Assembly: GCA_015232315.1 (NCBI GenBank)
Contig: JADFZZ010000006.1
Location: 94,600-158,599, forward strand
DNA length: 64,000 nt
From: SAR324 cluster bacterium
GTDB lineage: Bacteria > SAR324 > NAC60-12
Reading direction: 5' to 3'
Below the pieces are notes generated by a model. The model was given only the letters and a program-made list of their open reading frames with translations, had not been told where the DNA came from and did no database searches. A program made the translations under genes and the position numbers. Below, in pieces: positions 11,301 through 17,894 of this stretch (the stretch's first letter is position 1; each line of letters begins with the position of its first letter).

Positions 11301-11606
11301 GGTTTGATCCCTTTTTATTCGGAACAGGTGCATACCGCATTGTTTTATGATTATGCGGTATTTAGTGGGGGGTATACCGCCACAGACATTTATATTGGGG
11401 ATGAATCATTTTTATTACGTGATGACCAGGGGGTGGCCACCCGTCGTGGGACTGGTTTTGAGCTTAAGCTGAGGAGCAAATATGGTTATCGTTTTCCTGT
11501 AGACCTGATTGTCAGGTATTCCTATGCTCCTGATATCAACAATATCGCGGGTATCGACGGCAAGAAGGGCTATCTGCTTGAACTGGATTATGAAACATCG
11601 TTTTAA
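8307..11606 (+). CDS. Exported gluzincin metallopeptidase + TolB/PD40 beta-propeller + Omp85-like beta-barrel
   Basis: Signal peptide; ILHEYVH plus downstream WLTEGLA; PD40-like repeats (LSPDERK, VSPDGK, PKWDHQGK, FSSDHTGVSNIY); PVRGY lid-loop motif; C-terminal Phe. Confidence 0.78.
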   Translation: MTTIYRFVWILGIWSVLHGMIPGLIWAEEEGSAKGKLAELEWHTIETRHFFVHYHDDIEELARLCTVYAEESHEILAPLLDWEPQQKTHMIITDILDNQDGNARNLPYPILRIYPYPPTINSAIAEYESSDWLRILILHEYVHILNLDTVAGYSKVVRDWFGRPGIAFNPLAATGFLHLNSPNNFAPPWLTEGLAVYLETELTHSGRGISPKSEMLFRMGTKLNDLISLDQLDFYRLGFPGQHASRYIYGAYFLDYLISERSPEYVGKLNHLLAEWPPYMGIHMLEDESGAYLVAAYERFLEYTRTEHEKRLAILETQSLTQFQGIQTHGFLQRNFALSPDERKMAFVLIDVKGQKHLKLWREYPLTGGYFRELAPAATQDDRWIYTTSQGIPVEEFETLTNQDALSLSWHPSEKYLFYTALSPEGIYSFQELFVYDFKTAKTHQLTTNARIGDVDVSPDGKFLIGVESGKGHQNLVLYELTEIPDSGDKPPFKAMRLDVLTKHQYSRVSQPKWDHQGKRLVYSLSDRKGDTFLPIIDMESRQEIKIISQGHLQSNPVWEPGDNAILFSSDHTGVSNIYRYSLESEVMLPITHVLGGALEPVISRRKERLYFQNFYGEGLELAFIEWKAGQTRSEPLPQITPVWKHQPELAVVRDGSVTQSVTEPQEPYSPWQSMFPQFWFIYAEDAPGGYAWGLITAGVDALEEQGYYGAVTYGEGQPYYRFSYYTDHWYPNLSFSSSLLPQRYSKIPNLRQGWELLQEHVVGISFKLDDWSLGFNYLNTTETPYEDSGFLTEANKRATEKLATAQNPYRSVGDYFKRRTFTGNHQGFNLFSSYSTVSHFPTSISEESGSYFSVGYTHYPTSLGDNPEIKTLAGEDFDAAVLYMENTDPGFSYDQLTPRRAETLASLLHAKEQLVSNEYQLLTTSYGHFFSSPWPRNVFHWNLNGGVGLNGSELSAEFMTRVNIPVRGYKYDLETARQYISQTIEWRMPLGSVFRGIGLIPFYSEQVHTALFYDYAVFSGGYTATDIYIGDESFLLRDDQGVATRRGTGFELKLRSKYGYRFPVDLIVRYSYAPDINNIAGIDGKKGYLLELDYETSF

Positions 11607-11686
11607 TACAGGCTTCAGTTTTGTAAATACTTGTATTATTGTCCATCCCTTTCATGTGTTTTGTTAATTTCTTTAGAGAAAGTAAT

Positions 11687-12376
11687 ATGAAACGATTAAC
11701 TATTCTGGAATGGATCTCATATCTGTCTCTGGCTGGATGCGGGATCTGGATTTTTGTGGCGCCCATTGAATCGGAAATGGGATTTATTCAGAAAATAATG
11801 TATTTGCATTTGCCTTCAGTTCTGGTCACATATCTGGCTTTTTTTGTGGCCTTTGCCTGCAGTATTGCTTATTTGTGGAAACGGGACATTGTTTATGATC
11901 AGGTAGCCCGGTCTTCCGCGGAAGTCGGATTAATTTTTTGCGGGTTGGTTCTGGTAACAGGATCCATCTGGGGAAAACCAACATGGGGCACTTACTGGGT
12001 ATGGGACGCCAGGCTGACCACAACACTCATTCTGTTTATGATTTTTTCAGGTTATTTCCTGCTACGGATGTTTGCGACAGACCACGAACAGCAAGCAAGA
12101 CTTGCTGCAATTCTGGCGATTGTGGGATTTCTTGATATTCCTATCGTTCACCAGTCTGTCAAATGGTGGCGAACATTGCATCAGCCCACGACCTTGTTTA
12201 AAACAGAAAATGGTCAGGCTGCGGCATCTATTCCCAATGAACTGCTGATGCCACTCATGGCCTCGATGCTGGCGGCGTTAGTGTTTTACGTATTTCTGTT
12301 TTTAATGCGGTATGAGGTGGAAAAACGCCATCATGAACTTCAGGAAAAAATTGCGGATCAGCATTTTCATTCATAA
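11687..12376 (+). CDS. ccmC: Cytochrome c maturation heme chaperone loader CcmC
   Basis: YLHLP, WWD-type motif WGKPTWGTYWVWDARLT, WWRTLHQ. Start taken at ATG 11687 (MKRLTIL) rather than the ORF-track 11639. Confidence 0.95.
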   Translation: MKRLTILEWISYLSLAGCGIWIFVAPIESEMGFIQKIMYLHLPSVLVTYLAFFVAFACSIAYLWKRDIVYDQVARSSAEVGLIFCGLVLVTGSIWGKPTWGTYWVWDARLTTTLILFMIFSGYFLLRMFATDHEQQARLAAILAIVGFLDIPIVHQSVKWWRTLHQPTTLFKTENGQAAASIPNELLMPLMASMLAALVFYVFLFLMRYEVEKRHHELQEKIADQHFHS

Positions 12377-12396
12377 ACTATTGCCAAGGTGTTTTT

Positions 12397-12546
12397 ATGC
12401 CAATGAATCTCGATTATGTCCTTGCTTCATACGGAATTACATGTGGAGTTTTTTTGATTTACATCGTTGTGATGAAATTAAAATTACGTGAATATAACAA
12501 ACAGATGGGGGCGCACCCTGAATCAGAAAATGGAGACAAATTATGA
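12397..12546 (+). CDS. ccmD: Heme exporter protein CcmD (49 aa, not in ORF track)
   Basis: My translation is MPMNLDYVLASYGITCGVFLIYIVVMKLKLREYNKQMGAHPESENGDKL: YV..SYG, one TM helix and a basic patch. It lies between ccmC and ccmE with an ATGA overlap on ccmE. Confidence 0.85.
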   Translation: MPMNLDYVLASYGITCGVFLIYIVVMKLKLREYNKQMGAHPESENGDKL

Positions 12547-12977
12547 AAACAAAATATAAATTTTTAATTGGCGGACTAGTTGTATTCGGCGCGATTGTGG
12601 CACTGTCCATTGTTGGGCTTCAGGAAATGACGGTCTTTTTTTATACACCTCAGGAAATTCTGGCCGCGCCAGATGATTTTCAGGAAAAAACAATTCGAAT
12701 TGGTGCCATGGTGGAGAAGGGATCTATCGATTGGGATGCTGGAAAAATTAAACTGGCATTCAGAATGACAGAAGACTCTCAACATTATATTCCTGTAGTA
12801 TATCATGGGGTCAAACCTGATATGTTCAAAGAAGGACAGGGGGTTGTGGTGCAGGGGCAACTTGAGGGAGATACTTTTTATGCGGATGAATTACTGGTGA
12901 AACATAGCGAAGATTATAAACTCGAAGCGGGTGACCATAAAAATAAACAAGAAATGTACAAATCTTTGATGCAGTAA
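12543..12977 (+). CDS. ccmE: Heme chaperone CcmE
   Basis: N-terminal TM, FFYTP, IRIGAMV, PDMFKEGQGVVVQG, heme-binding KHSEDY (HxxxY). Confidence 0.95.
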   Translation: MKTKYKFLIGGLVVFGAIVALSIVGLQEMTVFFYTPQEILAAPDDFQEKTIRIGAMVEKGSIDWDAGKIKLAFRMTEDSQHYIPVVYHGVKPDMFKEGQGVVVQGQLEGDTFYADELLVKHSEDYKLEAGDHKNKQEMYKSLMQ

Positions 12978-12992
12978 CCCCGGTCTCTTCTC

Positions 12993-15209
12993 ATGTCTGC
13001 CATTATCCGGGAAATCAAACAGCGTCTTGGGGATTTGCTGGAAACAGATCCCCGAATCCGCAATCGGCTGTTAGCAACAGTTGTTCTGTTGTTTTTGATC
13101 ATTTTTCTTGTTTTTTTTGATATCCAACAGGGATTTTCAGAATGGGAAAATATCAATTCCAAATTGAGCATTTTTGTAGCTCTCAACATCAATCTGGTGT
13201 TGTTGGTTCTGGTATTTTATCTCATTCTCAAAAACATTCTGAAACTGGCCTATGAACGTCACAAGCATGCTATTGGCGTTAATTTAAAAACAAAACTGAT
13301 CATTTCATTTCTCCTCCTCTCATTTCCAGCAACAATTTTCCATTTGTTCGCCAGTGGTTTTATCGCCTCAACACTGGAAAACTGGCTCACTGGTCAGCAT
13401 AAATCCGTCATACATAATGCTCAGAAAGTTGCGGATGCTTATCATCGAAATCTGAAAAACATCATGGATTTACAAGGGTGGGTGGTTGAAGCGAACCTTC
13501 AGCGTCATCCTGAACTTCTGGAATATCCCTCTTCACTGGATCATATTCTTACCAAGGAAATGGGGGAAGGGATTATTCTTTATAATCAGAATCATGAAAT
13601 GATGTATCAGGCATTGCGCAATACAGATTCCCAGAAATACTGGAAACCTTTGTCATCGACAGAATGGGAACAAATTGATATAGCGCCGGTTGCCTGGCTG
13701 GTAGAAGAATTGGAGGATCGGTTTATTTATCGTCATTTAAGAAATATGAAAGTCAGGGAACAGCGTTGGATACTGGAAATATTTCTGCCGGCCACCAAAA
13801 GTGTGACATTGGCCATCAATGAAATTGCTGAACAGGAACAGAATTCCAAGGTGATTTTTGAGTCGGAACAATTGGTCAAACAATACTATGTCATCATCTT
13901 TCTGTTCATGACCTTGTTTATCATTTTTGTGGCAATCTGGCTTGCTTTCTATCTGGCGCGGGGGTTTGTGAATCCCATTGAAAAACTTGCGATCGCGACC
14001 CAGCAGGTTGCTGAGGGGGCGTTGGGATATCAGGTCGAGAAATCAACCATGATGCTTGATCGTGATTTTGAGTTATTGATTGATTCGTTCAACTCCATGA
14101 GTAATCAATTGCTCGAAAATCAGTTGGCGTTAGCTCAGACCACGGAAAATCTTAGAAAAAGCCATATAATTCTTGAAGAACACACACGGTTTGTGGAACT
14201 GGTGCTGGAAAATATAAAAACCGGAGTGATGTCTGTTGATATGGAAGGAAGGGTTAATGGGTTGAACCGGGCGGCATTGTCGTTGCTGGAAGTTAAAATG
14301 AAAGATTATCACAATATCCATTATAGGGATTTATTATCCACGGATGCTCTGGAACCTCTGGATGAAATGTTCCACCAGATTCAGCAACAAACAGATTTCA
14401 CCATATCAAGAAATTTGAGTATGACCAAAAGCGGAGTGCCGGTTCATGTTTCTATGACCGCGTTGATTTTAAAAAATCCGGAAGGTAATACCGAAGGGAT
14501 GATTGCTGTGTTTGAAAATATTACGGAAATACAACGCTTGCAGCGGGCACGAGCATGGCGTGAAGTCGCACGCAGAATTGCTCATGAAATCAAAAATCCT
14601 TTAACCCCCATTCAGCTTTCTGCAGAAAGAATCCGGCATAAATACAGCCGATTGATTGAGGATGGAGATACGCTGGATAAATCAACGAAAACTATTATTC
14701 GGGAAGTAGAACAGCTTAAAAAAATGGTCAGTGAGTTTTCAAAATTCGCACGATTGCCTGAATCTAATCCTCAACAAGACAATCTCAATGACATTATTGA
14801 GGAAACAGTCCAATTGTATCATGCGATTCCACCGGAAATTGTTTTAAAAACCAGACTTTCACCCAAGCTTCCCAGATTTTCCGTGGACCGTGAACAGATC
14901 AAACGTGTGTTTATTAATCTCATTGACAATGCGATTGCCGCTATTGATAAGAGTGGTGAAATTCTGATACAGACAGAATATGATGCTGTGTTTAAAATCG
15001 TTCGCATTGATGTGATTGACTCTGGTCCCGGAATTGATCCTGCCATCCTTAATCGTTTATTTGAACCCTATGCGACCACAAAAAAACATGGGACAGGTTT
15101 GGGGTTAACCATTGCGAGTCAAATTATCTCGGATCATCAGGGATTTATTCGCCACAAAAAACCGAAAAATGGAGGAGCCTGCTTTTCAATTGAACTACCT
15201 GCTGTGTAA
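12993..15209 (+). CDS. ntrY: NtrY-family sensor histidine kinase (TM, HAMP, PAS, HisKA, HATPase)
   Basis: AWREVARRIAHEIKNPLTPIQLSAER signature, NLIDNA, DSGPGI, GTGLGL. Confidence 0.85.
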   Translation: MSAIIREIKQRLGDLLETDPRIRNRLLATVVLLFLIIFLVFFDIQQGFSEWENINSKLSIFVALNINLVLLVLVFYLILKNILKLAYERHKHAIGVNLKTKLIISFLLLSFPATIFHLFASGFIASTLENWLTGQHKSVIHNAQKVADAYHRNLKNIMDLQGWVVEANLQRHPELLEYPSSLDHILTKEMGEGIILYNQNHEMMYQALRNTDSQKYWKPLSSTEWEQIDIAPVAWLVEELEDRFIYRHLRNMKVREQRWILEIFLPATKSVTLAINEIAEQEQNSKVIFESEQLVKQYYVIIFLFMTLFIIFVAIWLAFYLARGFVNPIEKLAIATQQVAEGALGYQVEKSTMMLDRDFELLIDSFNSMSNQLLENQLALAQTTENLRKSHIILEEHTRFVELVLENIKTGVMSVDMEGRVNGLNRAALSLLEVKMKDYHNIHYRDLLSTDALEPLDEMFHQIQQQTDFTISRNLSMTKSGVPVHVSMTALILKNPEGNTEGMIAVFENITEIQRLQRARAWREVARRIAHEIKNPLTPIQLSAERIRHKYSRLIEDGDTLDKSTKTIIREVEQLKKMVSEFSKFARLPESNPQQDNLNDIIEETVQLYHAIPPEIVLKTRLSPKLPRFSVDREQIKRVFINLIDNAIAAIDKSGEILIQTEYDAVFKIVRIDVIDSGPGIDPAILNRLFEPYATTKKHGTGLGLTIASQIISDHQGFIRHKKPKNGGACFSIELPAV

Positions 15210-15216
15210 GAACCTT

Positions 15217-16782
15217 GTGCGCCTGATCTTGCTGATAACAGTTGGAAGCTCAATTATATTTTTGTTTGCTGGTAATTCAGCCGGTGCTGATTCAAACTCC
15301 AGAGTCCTTGAAATTGTCGTAACGTCAGACTTACATGGAAATCTGGGGGATGAAACAAATTCATTTTCTCCTGCCGGAATCACGACTCTAGTACCTTTGA
15401 TTCACTCCCTCAGACAAAATAATCCGAATTTAATCCTGCTGGATGCAGGTGATACATTAAATGGTGACAGGCTATCCTATTACATGGATAAGGTGATGGC
15501 TCATCCCGTTCCTCCATGGCCAATCATCCAGCTTATGAACGCTCTTGAGTATGATGCGGTTGTTCCTGGAAATCATGATTTCGATTGGCCTGCTTCCGTT
15601 TTTGTCCGTTCCATCCAAATGTCTCAATTTCCCTGGATTTCAGCCAATATCAAGAATCATTCAATAGAAAACCTGTTTTTAGCCCAATATCGGATTATTC
15701 AACGACAAGGACTAAGGATCGGTATTCTTGGTTTGACAACGCCAGGAGTCCCCTTATGGGTTGATACCTCCAATTTAGGAACATTGGTGGTTGACGACAT
15801 GGTTTCAGCGGCCCGGCATTGGAGTCAGGTTTTAAAACCGCAGGTAGATATTTTGATAGGTTTGTTTCATAGCGGCGAAGAAGCTGATTATGATTATCAG
15901 GAAAGCTTGCTAAAACAGATTCCAATGCCAAATGCATCAGGAATAATCGCGGATTCTATCTCTGATTTTGATCTGATCATTGCAGGACATACGCATAAAA
16001 TATTCCCTCGAACTCAAAAATCGATGCCCGGTTCTTTCATTATGCCGTTGATACTTCCGGGAAGTCATGGCGAAGGACTCATGGATATTCAACTGCACCT
16101 GAAATTCATAAATGGAAGATGGAATGTGACTCAAACAATGGCTGAATTTAAAAGGCCTCTTAAAAAATCTCTCACAGACCAAAGTAATAAAACTCTTGCG
16201 TATCTTGACCCATGGATGAAGGGGGTTAATCAATATTTTGATGCAAAGACTGCAATCCAATTTGTAAAGGATCCTGCAAAAATAGAACTGGAATCCTGTG
16301 GTCGTCAGTTATCGTATGACGCATTGGTTTATTTTGAAGGGAATGGAGATGCCGCGGTGCTTTCAAATTGGAAATGGAACAGGATGCCAAAAAAAATTGC
16401 AGGAATCTACCTTTCCAGAAAACATTTGTTTGATTGGATGCCATACTTTAATAAGATTGTGAGAGCTTCAATTAGTGGGAGTCAACTTACAATGCTGAAA
16501 CGATTGGAGCGGAAAAAGCAAAAACGTCCTGGAAGGCAGATTTATGTTGTTCCAGACCTGGATCAAAAAAAATTGGTTGCTGACCAGTTTTATTCCATAT
16601 GGTTCACCAATTATCACTGGAATGGCGGATCAGGAATTACACTGGAAAGCTTGATTGAACCGGAACAGAAGCGCAATTTGAGTCAGCAGATTCTTCAGGA
16701 ATATATCTTTTATTATCTCCGGAAATTTCCAGAACAATTACCAGAGATTTGTAAAGGTTTTTTGAAATCTGTTGGGGATTAA
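15217..16782 (+). CDS. Periplasmic 5'-nucleotidase / 2',3'-cyclic nucleotide phosphodiesterase (CpdB/UshA family)
   Basis: TSDLHG, LDAGD, GNHDFD, FHSG and AGHTH metallophosphoesterase motifs. In-frame GTG at 15217 gives a signal peptide and avoids overlap with ntrY. Confidence 0.85.
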   Translation: MRLILLITVGSSIIFLFAGNSAGADSNSRVLEIVVTSDLHGNLGDETNSFSPAGITTLVPLIHSLRQNNPNLILLDAGDTLNGDRLSYYMDKVMAHPVPPWPIIQLMNALEYDAVVPGNHDFDWPASVFVRSIQMSQFPWISANIKNHSIENLFLAQYRIIQRQGLRIGILGLTTPGVPLWVDTSNLGTLVVDDMVSAARHWSQVLKPQVDILIGLFHSGEEADYDYQESLLKQIPMPNASGIIADSISDFDLIIAGHTHKIFPRTQKSMPGSFIMPLILPGSHGEGLMDIQLHLKFINGRWNVTQTMAEFKRPLKKSLTDQSNKTLAYLDPWMKGVNQYFDAKTAIQFVKDPAKIELESCGRQLSYDALVYFEGNGDAAVLSNWKWNRMPKKIAGIYLSRKHLFDWMPYFNKIVRASISGSQLTMLKRLERKKQKRPGRQIYVVPDLDQKKLVADQFYSIWFTNYHWNGGSGITLESLIEPEQKRNLSQQILQEYIFYYLRKFPEQLPEICKGFLKSVGD

Positions 16783-17870
16783 GGATGTGTTTGTTGTTTG
16801 ACAAAGTTATGAAGCCATGTTTTAGAACACAGGTTGGGATCCTGACTCCATTGATAGAATAATTCCTTTAGCGCTGTCCATTGGCTCAAAGCTGGATGAT
16901 TTGAGAGAAGTTGGAAAATATCATGGATCGTTCCGGGAATGGCATCCAGAAAATAAAATTTCCCTTTTTGCGACGGAAGAAAACCATACGTGCCAAGGGA
17001 ACGTAACCGTCGAATCAATACAAAATTATAAAGAGTCTCTGTAAATTCAGCGTGAGACGGTTTCATCGTAGACGGAAGTTCATCCAGATATGTTTCAATT
17101 AATAGTTGTCGGAGCGGTTCGTTCAATCGAGCTTTGGAGGCATAAAGCATGGTGGCAACATCATAATGAATTGCACCGGGGCATCCAGATTGATAATCAA
17201 TAAAACAGGGGTGATTCTTTTTCCACATGATATTTCTGGACTGGAAATCCCGATATACAAAGGATTGGCGTTCAATCTTGTCCAGTTGTAAAGCCAGTTG
17301 CTCCAGTTCCTGTTGAATCATGCCTGATTTGGGGTAATTGCTGGCAAACAGATTCCAGAAATATTGCTCAAAATACCTCAAGTCTGTCATAAAAGTATTG
17401 TAATCCAGGATTTTATCCATATAGCAAAATTGATAATCAAGCCCTTGATGACCCTGCAATTGAAGCTTCGGAAGCCAGTGTATGACCTGATGGTAATAAT
17501 TCTGGATCAGTTTGGCATCCTGTGGATTGTCGGGATCAAGTGGTTGAAGCATATCCGCCAGAGTGATGTCACCCAGATCTTCAAGCAGATAACAGCCATG
17601 ATTTAGATCCGTTTGATAAATATCTGGTACAGGAATGCCATATTGGGCAAAGTGACGCGATAACAGAATAAAAGCTTCATTTTCCAAACGATGTGAGTTG
17701 GTCACACCGACAAAAGAAAAACCATCAGGACGAAAGAAACGATAAATCTCTCTATCTGAACCATCTCCCTTCAGTGGCTTGGGATCGGATATTTGGGAGC
17801 CAAAATGTTGTTTTGCCAAGTTTGTTAAAGATTGTAGCATTATTCGGTTCTCAGCAAGTAATGTAGTCAA
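16779..17870 (-). CDS. Aminoglycoside phosphotransferase family kinase (AmgK-like anomeric MurNAc/GlcNAc kinase)
   Basis: GDGSDREIYR, LLEDLGD, YRDFQSRNIM, IDYQ, YDVA. Confidence 0.82.
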   Translation of the reverse strand: MTTLLAENRIMLQSLTNLAKQHFGSQISDPKPLKGDGSDREIYRFFRPDGFSFVGVTNSHRLENEAFILLSRHFAQYGIPVPDIYQTDLNHGCYLLEDLGDITLADMLQPLDPDNPQDAKLIQNYYHQVIHWLPKLQLQGHQGLDYQFCYMDKILDYNTFMTDLRYFEQYFWNLFASNYPKSGMIQQELEQLALQLDKIERQSFVYRDFQSRNIMWKKNHPCFIDYQSGCPGAIHYDVATMLYASKARLNEPLRQLLIETYLDELPSTMKPSHAEFTETLYNFVLIRRLRSLGTYGFLPSQKGKFYFLDAIPGTIHDIFQLLSNHPALSQWTALKELFYQWSQDPNLCSKTWLHNFVKQQTHP

Positions 17871-17894
17871 ATATTTTATAATTGTGTTTCTCTG

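Noticed and set aside
15112..15216. ORF-track N-terminal extension of the nucleotidase overlapping ntrY
   Set aside because: GTG at 15217 gives a clean signal peptide without a 98-bp overlap.
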